This document shows, one piece after another, positions 9,107 through 18,562 of a stretch of 64,000 nt of DNA. The notes under the pieces are model-generated. The model was not told the origin of the DNA. It searched no databases and saw nothing but the letters and a program-made list of their open reading frames with translations. Location: assembly GCA_026395955.1 (NCBI GenBank), contig JAPLXR010000007.1, positions 65,957 through 129,956 of the forward strand, read 5' to 3'. The stretch's first letter is position 1. Every line of letters starts with the position of its first letter. Both the position numbers and the translations under genes were made by a program. Source of the DNA: Candidatus Nomurabacteria bacterium (lineage in GTDB: Bacteria > Patescibacteriota > Minisyncoccia > Phycocordibacterales > UBA9973).

Positions 9107-9652
9107 ATGAAAAAAAATATAAAAAATTATTTTAAATATGTAACCGGATTTATTTTTTGTTTTTTGCTTCGTTTAATTCCATTTCGTCCTCCAAACGTAG
9201 AACCAATCCTAGCTACAGCTATGCCGTTTTCAAAAGAATACGGAAAGCTAGCAGGATTTTTTTTCGGCTTCTTCAGTATTATCCTTTATGATGTCGCTAC
9301 AGCTAGAGTCGGAATGTGGACATTGATTACAGGAGTCGCTTATGGAGTTTTAGGACTAGTCGCAGCAGTTTATTTTGAAAATAAAAATAATACTTCATGG
9401 AATTATGCGAAATTCGCAATTCTGGCCACTATCTTCTATGACGCTGTGACAGGTTTGACTGTCGGTCCGATATTTTTTCACCAAAGTTTCATGACAGCAT
9501 TAGCAGGACAGATACCTTTCACTCTTCTACATCTAGTAAGTAATGTCGGTTTTGCAATTGTATTCTCTCCACTCATATATAGATACGTAATTGAAAATAA
9601 AAAGTTTGAACTATCATTATCAAAATTAATTTTAAATCCAAAACAAATATGA
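9107..9652 (+). CDS. ECF transporter S-component, probable cobalamin-specific (BtuM/CbrT-like)
   Basis: About 6 TM helices in 181 aa, RLIPFRPPNVEP motif, IPFTLLHLVSN; 4-nt overlap with nrdJ. Confidence 0.75.
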   Translation: MKKNIKNYFKYVTGFIFCFLLRLIPFRPPNVEPILATAMPFSKEYGKLAGFFFGFFSIILYDVATARVGMWTLITGVAYGVLGLVAAVYFENKNNTSWNYAKFAILATIFYDAVTGLTVGPIFFHQSFMTALAGQIPFTLLHLVSNVGFAIVFSPLIYRYVIENKKFELSLSKLILNPKQI

Positions 9653-11934
9653 AAAACAATATAGCTAATTCAAAAAAATATTCACCGCTTCAAAAAATTC
9701 AAAAGAGAGATAGTTCAATAGTTCCATTTGATGCAAAACACATCACTCGTGCTATTTTCCGTGCAATGCAAAATGTAAAAGAAGGGGATGAACAACATGC
9801 AGAAAAAGTGATGGTTAAAGTTTTGGATAAACTTCTATTAGTTCAAAAAGAAAATAAAATTAAAAACTTTGTTCCGACAGTTGAAATGATCCAAGACGTC
9901 GTCGAGAATGAATTGATTAACTCTACATTTTTAAATACAGCAAAAGCATATATTCTCTATAGACAAGAACGCTCACTCGTTCGTGAAAAAGTCGGTACTG
10001 TTCCAGAAAAGATTCGTGAGCTTTTTGCAGAAAGTAAAAAATATTTCCGTAACTCTCTAGCTGAACTCGTATACTATCGTACGTATGCAAAATGGATTCC
10101 TGAACAAGATCGTCGTGAGACATGGATAGAGACCGTCGATAGATATTTAGATTTTATGCGTGACAATGTTAACGGTAGTTTGTCTGACGCTGAATACAAA
10201 GAAGTCCGCGAAACAATGCTAAAGCAAGAAGCCTTACCATCTATGCGTTTATTACAATTCGCAGGCAAAGCAGCTCGCCGTACAAATGTCTGTGCTTATA
10301 ACTGTTCATTTATTGCTCCTAGAACTTTCCAAGACTTTGCTGAGATAATGTACATCTCTATGTGTGGTACTGGTGTCGGATGGTCTGTAGAAAGTGAAAA
10401 TATTCAAGCCTTACCACAAATCCAAAGACAAACAGGAAAGAAAGCAACTACATATGTAATACCTGATAGTAAAGAAGGTTGGGCAGATGCTTTTTCTCTC
10501 GGAATGAAAACATGGTTCGAAGGTGGAGATATTAATTTTGATTATTCTCTTATTCGTCCTGCAGGAGCACGTTTGAAAACTATGGGAGGAAAAAGTTCTG
10601 GTCCTGCACCACTTCGTGATTTGATAGACTTCACACGTGAAAGAGTTTTACGTAGACAAGGACGCCATCTCTCAAACATGGATGCACACGATATCATTTG
10701 TAAGATCGGTGAATGTGTCGTCGCTGGTGGAGTTCGTCGTAGTGCGATGATTTCACTTTCTGATTTGGATGATGAAAATATTCGTGACTCAAAGAAAGGA
10801 CAATTTTATTTAACAGAAGGACAAAGAATGCTCGCAAACAATTCTGCTGTTTATCAAACAAAACCAACTTCAACAGAATTCCTAGATGAATGGATAGCTT
10901 TGATGAAATCTGGATCAGGAGAAAGAGGAATATTTAATCGTGGAGGACTCGCAAATACTTTACCAAAGAGAAGACTCGATCAATTCAAGGGTGGTATCTA
11001 CCCAGCATGGGGAACAAATCCTTGTGGAGAAATTATTCTTCAATCAAAACAATTCTGTAACCTTTCAGAAGTTGTCGCTCGTGCAGATGATACAGAAGAA
11101 AGTTTACTTAGAAAAATTCGTGTTGCGACAATACTCGGTACTTACCAATCAACACTTACATACTTCCCATATCTTTCAAAAGAATGGAAGAAGAATTGTG
11201 AGAAGGAGAGATTGCTCGGTGTTTCAATAACAGGACAATGGGATTGTGCACTCGTACGTGATCCGAAAATGTTAGAGAAATTAAAAAATGAAGCAATAAA
11301 AATAAATAAAAAGTATGCAGAGAAATTTGGTGTTAACCAATCAACATGTGTGACTTGTGTTAAACCATCAGGAAATACTTCACAAACCGTAGACTGTTCT
11401 TCTGGAATGCATACTCGCCACGCTCCATACTATATCCGTCGTGTTCGTATTTCTACTACAGATGCTCTTTTCAAAATGTTACGTGACCAAGGAGTACCTC
11501 ATTTCCCAGAAGTCGGACAAACTATCGAAGACGCTACTACATACGTCCTAGAATTCCCTATAAAGGCTCCAGACGGTGCTATCTGTAAAGATGATGTTGA
11601 TGCTATCGCTCAGCTTGAACACTGGAAAGTTGTGAAGAATCACTATACTGAACACAATCCTTCTGTAACTATTTCTGTTGGAGAAGATGAATGGCTCAAA
11701 GTCGCTCATTGGATTTATGAGAACTGGGAAATCGTCGGAGGACTTTCATTCCTTCCTCGTTCAAACCATGTATATCAACTCGCTCCATATGAAGCTATTA
11801 CAAAAGAGAAATATGAAGAAATGAAAGAAAGACTTGGTGAAATTGATTTCTCAAAGATCGTAACTTATGAAAGAGAAGATGAAACAGAAGTAAAGAAAGA
11901 ACTCGCTTGCGTAGGAGGACTTTGCGAAATATAA
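9649..11934 (+). CDS. nrdJ: Class II adenosylcobalamin-dependent ribonucleoside-triphosphate reductase with ATP cone
   Basis: KRD ATP-cone, YNCSF, GGVRRSA, TNPCGEI, VKPSG, C-terminal CxxxxC; no nrdB nearby. Confidence 0.92.
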   Translation: MKNNIANSKKYSPLQKIQKRDSSIVPFDAKHITRAIFRAMQNVKEGDEQHAEKVMVKVLDKLLLVQKENKIKNFVPTVEMIQDVVENELINSTFLNTAKAYILYRQERSLVREKVGTVPEKIRELFAESKKYFRNSLAELVYYRTYAKWIPEQDRRETWIETVDRYLDFMRDNVNGSLSDAEYKEVRETMLKQEALPSMRLLQFAGKAARRTNVCAYNCSFIAPRTFQDFAEIMYISMCGTGVGWSVESENIQALPQIQRQTGKKATTYVIPDSKEGWADAFSLGMKTWFEGGDINFDYSLIRPAGARLKTMGGKSSGPAPLRDLIDFTRERVLRRQGRHLSNMDAHDIICKIGECVVAGGVRRSAMISLSDLDDENIRDSKKGQFYLTEGQRMLANNSAVYQTKPTSTEFLDEWIALMKSGSGERGIFNRGGLANTLPKRRLDQFKGGIYPAWGTNPCGEIILQSKQFCNLSEVVARADDTEESLLRKIRVATILGTYQSTLTYFPYLSKEWKKNCEKERLLGVSITGQWDCALVRDPKMLEKLKNEAIKINKKYAEKFGVNQSTCVTCVKPSGNTSQTVDCSSGMHTRHAPYYIRRVRISTTDALFKMLRDQGVPHFPEVGQTIEDATTYVLEFPIKAPDGAICKDDVDAIAQLEHWKVVKNHYTEHNPSVTISVGEDEWLKVAHWIYENWEIVGGLSFLPRSNHVYQLAPYEAITKEKYEEMKERLGEIDFSKIVTYEREDETEVKKELACVGGLCEI

Positions 11935-11941
11935 AAATAAA

Positions 11942-12559
11942 ATGCTATACACTAGAAAAGGAGACAATGGAACAACAAAAACTTTTGGATGCGATCAACG
12001 TATATCAAAAAGTAGTGCGATAGCCGAAGCTCTCGGTTCTATGGATGAAATAAATTCTTTTCTGGGTTTGGTAAAAGTAAAAGCCGCCATTTTAAAGGTG
12101 GCTTTTACTTTGCCTGCCTACGCAGGCAGGCCGGATCAAGAAATAAAACTAGCAGAGACTGTCGACAGAATTCAACAAGACCTTTTTATAATTCAGGCAG
12201 AACTCGCAGGTGCAGATAAAACAATTGTAGAAGAAAAAGTAAAATGGCTCGAAGAAATAATCGACGGCATTGAAAAAATGCTTCCACCGATTAAAACTTT
12301 TTTTGTGTCTGGTGGTACCGAACTCGCATCTCTTTGCGACATCGCTCGCACTATCGCTCGCCGTGCAGAACGCCGAGTAGTCGGCGTCGCAGAAGAGCAG
12401 AAATCTTTTGCAGAGATTTCTGCTCCTGAATCTGCACCCATAAAAACTCTAAGCGCCCAAACCCTCGCATACCTAAACCGTTTAAGTAGTGTCCTCTACG
12501 CCTTCGCCCGCGCCTCAAACCACGTCGCTGGTATTACCGAAGAAGCTCCGAGGTACTAA
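11942..12559 (+). CDS. pduO: Cob(I)alamin adenosyltransferase, PduO type
   Basis: YTRKGDNGTT, G.MDEINS, RTIARRAER, YLNRLS motifs. Confidence 0.93.
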   Translation: MLYTRKGDNGTTKTFGCDQRISKSSAIAEALGSMDEINSFLGLVKVKAAILKVAFTLPAYAGRPDQEIKLAETVDRIQQDLFIIQAELAGADKTIVEEKVKWLEEIIDGIEKMLPPIKTFFVSGGTELASLCDIARTIARRAERRVVGVAEEQKSFAEISAPESAPIKTLSAQTLAYLNRLSSVLYAFARASNHVAGITEEAPRY

Positions 12560-12682
12560 TAAAACAGTTATGTAAGGGGAGTCCTTACACAACTGGAAAA
12601 TAAAGAAAGAACACCGCCAAAAAAAGGGGAATAAAAATAGCATAATCAAAAATATTTTTGATTATGCTATTTAAGTTCTTGT

Positions 12683-12967
12683 TTAATAACTTCTTGCATA
12701 AAGATATACAACTTTACCACAGTATGGGCAAATATTGTTTTCTTCTAATTTTCCATTCATGTTCATAACATTACATTCTGGACAATTCCATGTATTGAAA
12801 CCTCTCATTGTTATTTTGTTTGCATTTTTAACCTCAGATACTTTGAGGTTTTTGTGTGAATTGCGGTATTTGTCGCAATCCTTTGTTTTCTCGTTTGTTT
12901 GTAGGCATTTAAACCAACCACGATTTAAAGGTTTAAATTTTAATAGCACCCTTATTGTTGTATTCAT
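12683..12967 (-). CDS. Small zinc-ribbon hypothetical protein
   Basis: CPEC...CPYC; own TTGACA-17-TACTTT promoter; palindromic hairpin downstream at 12637-12672. Confidence 0.6.
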   Translation of the reverse strand: MNTTIRVLLKFKPLNRGWFKCLQTNEKTKDCDKYRNSHKNLKVSEVKNANKITMRGFNTWNCPECNVMNMNGKLEENNICPYCGKVVYLYARSY

Positions 12968-13077
12968 TTTTTATAGTTTTTAAAATTCAGTTGTCTTTTC
13001 TTAAAAGTATCATTCTGAACTAAACATGTCAAATGATATAAATTTGCATAAAATGATGTGGGTAGTATACTGGTAAT

Positions 13078-13265
13078 GTGCTTAACAAATTAATAGTTTT
13101 GTAATTGGGGAAGTGAGGTGAGAATCCTCCACAGTGCCGCTACGGTAATCTAAATTTAATTTAGAAAGTCCGAATGCCAATTATGAATTTTGATACCCGA
13201 GCAGGAATTCCATATTTCATTTTTGAAACATGGTACGGTAACTCCTCTCTGTGGGAGTTTTTTTA
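13078..13265 (+). promoter_or_regulatory. Cobalamin riboswitch with terminator expression platform
   Basis: GGGAAgtgaGGTGAGAATCCtccACAGtGCCGCtACGGTAA...AAGTCCGAATGCC core, closing helix gtaattgg/ccaattat, terminator aactcc..gggagtttttt just before ATG 13266. Confidence 0.88.
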
Positions 13266-13769
13266 ATGAAAAATTTAAATAAAAAATATATAATCATTCT
13301 TTTAATTATTGCTTTATTGGCCTTAAGATTTTTTATTGTTTATTTTAAACACCAAGACAAAATTACTGAAGTACAAAATATTGAAATTCCAAAAGTTATA
13401 GAGAAATCTACTCCAGAAATTCTAAAACAAATTCCTGTTACAAAAAATATTCCCAAAAATGAAACAATACCTTTAAATACAAATATTGTAACTATAAAGG
13501 TAGGGGATACAAATATAAATTTACCAATACAAAGTAATGCTAGTCTTTATGATGTTTTACTTGCAGGGCAAAAATCAGGACAGATAAATTTTACAGGAAA
13601 GAATTATTCAGGAATGGGATTTTTTATTAGTAGTATTGGGAATTTGAAAGAAGGATATGGGAAGTATTTAATTTATTATGTTAATGGCACAGAAGCGTCT
13701 GTCGGGATTTCTTCTTATGTACCAAAAGTAGGAGATATTATCGAGTGGAAACTTAGTACATCATTATAA
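13266..13769 (+). CDS. Membrane-anchored DUF4430 (transcobalamin-like beta domain) protein
   Basis: N-terminal TM; GMGFFISSIG...YLIYYVNG.EASVGISSY....GDIIEW signature. Confidence 0.85.
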   Translation: MKNLNKKYIIILLIIALLALRFFIVYFKHQDKITEVQNIEIPKVIEKSTPEILKQIPVTKNIPKNETIPLNTNIVTIKVGDTNINLPIQSNASLYDVLLAGQKSGQINFTGKNYSGMGFFISSIGNLKEGYGKYLIYYVNGTEASVGISSYVPKVGDIIEWKLSTSL

Positions 13770-13772
13770 TTT

Positions 13773-15740
13773 ATGAAAACAAAATTTTTAATATTTATTT
13801 TTGCAATAGTTTTATTTACGCCAGTATTTTTTGCTCGAGCAGATGTTTTACCTTTACCAGATGCATCTACTACTCCAGATATTATTCCACCACCAGATGC
13901 TTCTTCTACACCTATTCTCACTGAAAATATTTTAATACGTAACGGAGATACTGTTATTTTTCAAGGGTCAGTAGATTTACCAACAGCAGGGAATATCGAC
14001 ATTATGGATAATGCTAGTACTACGCACTCAGTAAATACTGACAGTGTTCTCGGTGTTTTATATTCTTTAGATCAAAATAATGATTCTTTTTCAATTTCAA
14101 ATCTACAATATTATGATTCTTTTGGAGCATTTTATTTAAAATGCATTACGAGCGTTAGTGAATCTTGTGATAATTGGCAATACGTCGTCGGAGGTACAAC
14201 ACCTTGGCAAAGTATCGATCAAACTATTTTGACTGGTGGAGAAAGTATCGGTATTTATTTTGGTACACCGTATAAAGTAGTTTTAAATAGTAATAACATT
14301 CATACGACCGATACTTTAAATGTTACCGCTGAAAAATATGATTATGAAAATAATGTTTGGAATCCGAGAACTGGTGTAACTGTTGGTCTAACTCAACCTG
14401 ATCCAAACAACCCTTGGAGTCCGATAGAAGTGCAAACTATTCCTGTTGATGCTAGTGGTGTCGCAACTTTTACAAATATTGGAGCTGGGAATTATAATGT
14501 CGGAATTCAAGAAGATTATTATTTTCCGACAGAATCTTTGACTGTATCTGCTCCTTTTGTTGATTGTGGTTGTGGTGGAGGAAATCCCGCTCCTGTTTTT
14601 AGCATTCCAAATGCAATTTCATATTTAGAAAGTGTTCAAAGTTCTGACGGATCTTTTGGAGACAGTGATATGTATACAGATTGGGCTAGTATTGCATTAT
14701 CAGCAAATGGAATTTCAAATAATATTAAAAATAAAATTTTAAGTTATATGTCAGCAGATAATTCTGTATCTGATAATCTTACAGACAATGAACGTCGTGC
14801 AATGGCGCTTCTTGCTTTAAATAAAAATCCATATGATTTTGGCAATGTAGATTATATTACTCCAATTATAAATTCTTTTGATGGAACACAATTCGGTGAT
14901 ACTAATTTAATCAATGATGATATTTTTGCACTTATTCCGCTTGCAAATACTGGCTATGATAATAGTGACGATATTATCAAAAAAGATATAGCTTATGTAA
15001 TTTCAAAACAAAAAATAAATGGTTCATGGGAAGAAAGTGTTGATATGACTTCTGCTAGTATTCTAGCCCTTGAAAATTATTCTAGTGTGTCTGGTGTAAA
15101 TTCTGCAATCTCTCTAGCAGAAAATTATTTAGAGAGTTCTCAGAAAAATGATGGTGGATGGGGAAATGTTTCAGCGACGAGCTGGGTATTACAAGCTGAA
15201 TCAATTTTAGGTACTAATTGGAGTAATAATGGAAAAACAGGAATTGATTATTTAGCAGATAATCAAGATACTGATGGTGGTGCGATAAAAAATACAGAAA
15301 TTTTACAAAATAGAATCTGGGCGACGAGTTATGCAATTCCAGGAGCACTAAACGAAACTTGGAATCAGATTTTTCATTCATTTCCAAAACCTACTAATCC
15401 TACAAATTTAACACAAACTTGTGAGACAGATCCTTCTTTGTGTACACCACCGATACAACCGACTTGTGAAACAAATATAACTCTTTGTCCTCCAAAATCA
15501 GTTCTTGCAGAAGAAAAACTAACTATAGTTCCAGTAGAAAATATTACACCTAAAGTAGTGTCTGTTAAAAAGGTTGAAAAAAAAATTGAACCAAAAATTC
15601 TTACCAAAGAAATATCAAAAATAGAACCTATAAATATCACTGCTACAGCAGGGAATAGTGATAGTAAAATATCCATGATTGTGTCTATTTTTTCTCTATT
15701 GGGCTTAATAGGACTAATGATATTTCGTTTTGTTATTTAG
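13773..15740 (+). CDS. Surface protein: DUF4430-like domain + Ig-like domain + prenyltransferase/squalene-oxidase alpha-barrel + C-terminal TM anchor
   Basis: Signal peptide; SFGAFYLKCI..NWQYVV; repeated YL...Q..DG.(F/W)G motifs; Pro/Thr/Lys linker and C-terminal TM. Confidence 0.75.
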   Translation: MKTKFLIFIFAIVLFTPVFFARADVLPLPDASTTPDIIPPPDASSTPILTENILIRNGDTVIFQGSVDLPTAGNIDIMDNASTTHSVNTDSVLGVLYSLDQNNDSFSISNLQYYDSFGAFYLKCITSVSESCDNWQYVVGGTTPWQSIDQTILTGGESIGIYFGTPYKVVLNSNNIHTTDTLNVTAEKYDYENNVWNPRTGVTVGLTQPDPNNPWSPIEVQTIPVDASGVATFTNIGAGNYNVGIQEDYYFPTESLTVSAPFVDCGCGGGNPAPVFSIPNAISYLESVQSSDGSFGDSDMYTDWASIALSANGISNNIKNKILSYMSADNSVSDNLTDNERRAMALLALNKNPYDFGNVDYITPIINSFDGTQFGDTNLINDDIFALIPLANTGYDNSDDIIKKDIAYVISKQKINGSWEESVDMTSASILALENYSSVSGVNSAISLAENYLESSQKNDGGWGNVSATSWVLQAESILGTNWSNNGKTGIDYLADNQDTDGGAIKNTEILQNRIWATSYAIPGALNETWNQIFHSFPKPTNPTNLTQTCETDPSLCTPPIQPTCETNITLCPPKSVLAEEKLTIVPVENITPKVVSVKKVEKKIEPKILTKEISKIEPINITATAGNSDSKISMIVSIFSLLGLIGLMIFRFVI

Positions 15741-15767
15741 GCTAAACTAAATGCTATAATTAAAAAT

Positions 15768-18395
15768 ATGAATTGGCATAAACATATTTTTAGAAAGAGT
15801 AAAGAAGCAGATCATACAGATTTATCAAAAAATGAACTTTTTGATAAATTGCGTATTTTTGCAAAAAATGAACCAGAATATTCTTTAAAAGAATTATCTT
15901 CTAGTAACATAGGTTTAAATGATCATGAGGCAAAAAATAGAATAAAGAAATACGGTTTAAATGACTTAGCAAATGATAAAAAAGAAGGTCCTTTGTTAAA
16001 ACTCTTTAATATTATTAAAAGCCCGATTAATTTATTGTTAATTGCTCTTTCTGTTATTTCTTTATTTGTCGGTGATATAAAGTCTTTTGTAGTTATTATT
16101 TTAATGGTTACTTTGAGTGCGTCTTTGAGTTTCTATCAAGAAACAAAATCTGCTATCGCTGTAGATAAACTAAAATCAATTATTCATACAAAAAGTACTG
16201 TAATTAGAAATAATAAAAAAATAGAAATTCTTTCAAAATATGTCGTACCAGGTGACATTGTATGTCTTTATTCCGGGACAATTATACCAGGAGATATAAG
16301 GCTTATAACTTCTAAAGATTTATTTATAAACCAAGCCATGCTGACAGGTGAATCTTTACCTGCAGAAAAACACGTCACTGATTCTAGTTTGAGCGAAAAA
16401 AATATTATTGAATTTTGTAACTTATGTTTTCTCGGTACTAGTGTCGAGAGTGGAGTAGCAACAGCAGTAGTATTGAGTACTGGTAGAAATACATATATCG
16501 GTAGTATTGCTTCTGATATTAATTCAGGAAATCATGTTTCAGATTTTACGAAAGAATTAAAGGGTTTTGTTTTTTTAACTTTGAAATTTATGGTTTTTAT
16601 GGTGCCGGCCGTTTTTCTTTTAAATGGAATTTTTAAAGGAAATTGGTTTGAAGCATTTTTATTTGCATTAGCTGTGGCTGTCGGTATGGCACCGGAAATG
16701 ATTTCTACAATCGTTGCTATGAATCTATATAAAGGTGCTCTTGCAATGGCAAAGAAAAAAGTTATAGTAAAACATTTAGATGCTATTGAAAATCTGGGAG
16801 TTATGGACGTGCTTTGTACTGACAAGACAGGCACTCTCACTGAAGGACGAGTGGTCTTAGAAAAGTATTTAGATATTTACGGAAAAGAAAATAATGATAT
16901 TTTGCATTATGGATTTCTGAATAGTTTTTTTCAGACAGGTGTGTCATCTATTATAGATGAAGCTGTTTTAAAACATGAAGAAGTAAAACAAAAATCGGAA
17001 ATAGAAAATTATAAAAAAATTGATGAAATACCTTTTGATTTTAGTCGACGTCGACTATCTGTGATCGTGTCTGATACTAGAACAAATAAACAAATATTGG
17101 TTTGTAAGGGTGCAGTAGAAGAAATTGTTAGTAAAAGTGTGAATGTTTTGGTTGATGGAAAAGTTCAAACATTATCTGGTATTACAGACAGTGTAAAATT
17201 TGAAATGGAAGAAGAACTTAATAAACAAGGTTTTCGTGTTGTGGCTGTCGGTTATAAAGAAGTTGATAGTGATAAAAAAGTTTTCTCTGTTGATGATGAG
17301 AGTGATTTAATCCTCGTAGGATTTTTAGCTTTTTTTGATCCACCAAAAGCTAGTGTAAAACAAACAATACAAGATTTGAAAGAACTCGGTGTAGATATAA
17401 AAATCTTAACAGGGGACAACGATATAGTAACGAGAAAAATTTGTATAGATGTAGGAATGCAAGTCGATAAAATACTTTTAGGTAAAGACATCGAAAAATT
17501 TACAGAAGAAGAATTAGACAAAGAAATACAAGGTGTGTCTGTTTTTGCAAAACTTTCTCCATATGACAAGGAAAGAATAATAAAGAATTTGAGGAATAAA
17601 GGCCACGTCGTTGGATTCCTAGGTGATGGGATAAATGATTCGCTTTCTTTGATTGCGGCAGACATAGGAATTTCTGTTGATACTGCAGCTGATATTGCAA
17701 AAGAATCTTCAGATATTATTTTGCTCGAAAAGAACTTAAATGTTTTGAAAGACGGAATAAAAGAGGGAAGAAGGATTTTTGAAAATATTATTAAATATAT
17801 AAAAATGGCTGCGAGTTCAAATTTCGGGAATATGTTTAGTGTTGTTGGAGCTAGTATTTTTCTACCATTTTTGCCGATGTTACCAATACAAATATTGGCC
17901 AACAATATGCTTTATGATTTTTCTCAGACGACGATACCGACAGATAATGTAGACGAAGACAGACTACTTCAACCAAAGAAATGGGATTTTAAAAATATAA
18001 AAAGATTTATTATTTTCTTTGGCCCGATAAGTTCTTTGTTTGATTATGCTACATTTTTTGTTTTGCTTTATGTTTTCCATGCTTGGAACAATCCTGCTCT
18101 TTTCCATACCGGATGGTTTGTCGAGTCACTATTAACTCAGACTTTAATCGTACATATTATTCGTACTAGTAAAATTCCATTCTTACAAAGTCGCGCCAGT
18201 ACACCTTTGATAATTTCTACTTTCTCTGTGATTGTCTTTGGAATATGGCTCGTAGCTTCACCTTTTGCTAGTGCCTTTCAGTTTATGGCCTTGCCGTTAC
18301 TCTATTATGGTTTTTTATTTGTAGGAGTAATTTTATATTTTATTTTGACTCAACTTATGAAAATGTATTTTATAAAAAAATACAACTGGATTTAA
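15768..18395 (+). CDS. mgtA: Magnesium-translocating P-type ATPase
   Basis: TGES, LAVAVGMAPEM, DKTGTLT, DEIPFDF.RRR, GDGIND, ASSNFGN. Confidence 0.93.
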   Translation: MNWHKHIFRKSKEADHTDLSKNELFDKLRIFAKNEPEYSLKELSSSNIGLNDHEAKNRIKKYGLNDLANDKKEGPLLKLFNIIKSPINLLLIALSVISLFVGDIKSFVVIILMVTLSASLSFYQETKSAIAVDKLKSIIHTKSTVIRNNKKIEILSKYVVPGDIVCLYSGTIIPGDIRLITSKDLFINQAMLTGESLPAEKHVTDSSLSEKNIIEFCNLCFLGTSVESGVATAVVLSTGRNTYIGSIASDINSGNHVSDFTKELKGFVFLTLKFMVFMVPAVFLLNGIFKGNWFEAFLFALAVAVGMAPEMISTIVAMNLYKGALAMAKKKVIVKHLDAIENLGVMDVLCTDKTGTLTEGRVVLEKYLDIYGKENNDILHYGFLNSFFQTGVSSIIDEAVLKHEEVKQKSEIENYKKIDEIPFDFSRRRLSVIVSDTRTNKQILVCKGAVEEIVSKSVNVLVDGKVQTLSGITDSVKFEMEEELNKQGFRVVAVGYKEVDSDKKVFSVDDESDLILVGFLAFFDPPKASVKQTIQDLKELGVDIKILTGDNDIVTRKICIDVGMQVDKILLGKDIEKFTEEELDKEIQGVSVFAKLSPYDKERIIKNLRNKGHVVGFLGDGINDSLSLIAADIGISVDTAADIAKESSDIILLEKNLNVLKDGIKEGRRIFENIIKYIKMAASSNFGNMFSVVGASIFLPFLPMLPIQILANNMLYDFSQTTIPTDNVDEDRLLQPKKWDFKNIKRFIIFFGPISSLFDYATFFVLLYVFHAWNNPALFHTGWFVESLLTQTLIVHIIRTSKIPFLQSRASTPLIISTFSVIVFGIWLVASPFASAFQFMALPLLYYGFLFVGVILYFILTQLMKMYFIKKYNWI

Positions 18396-18487
18396 TTTTA
18401 TTAAAAACTTTAATTTTTCTATTAAATATGTTATAAAGATATTACCGCTTTAATAGCGGTTTTATTCTGAATAATGAATAAAAACAT

Positions 18488-18562
18488 GGTGCCCATGGTG
18501 TAATGGTTAACACTAGAGTTTGTGGAACTCTCAATTCGGGTTCAACTCCCGATGGGCACCCA
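18488..18562 (+). tRNA. tRNA-His(GTG)
   Basis: G-1 plus GTGCCCA/TGGGCAC acceptor, C73, loop TT-GTG-GA. Confidence 0.95.

Noticed and set aside
12636-12672. Perfect AT-rich palindrome aatagcataatcaaaaatatttttgattatgctatt
   Set aside because: Sits between convergent genes and is adequately explained as a bidirectional terminator
15405-15495. Short TCETD/TCETN..LCPP peptide repeat in the surface protein stalk
   Set aside because: Two-copy low-complexity linker duplication; no sign of a DGR or repeat system
17252-17905. 217-aa antisense ORF inside mgtA, and similar ones opposite the dehydrogenase (55568-56209), glyA, thyA, recG and the helicase
   Set aside because: Shadow ORFs on the reverse strand of well-conserved genes with no motifs of their own
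18503-18562. ORF-track N-terminal extension of the ZIP transporter (MVNTRVCG...)
   Set aside because: It is the tRNA-His sequence read in frame; the protein most plausibly starts at 18563
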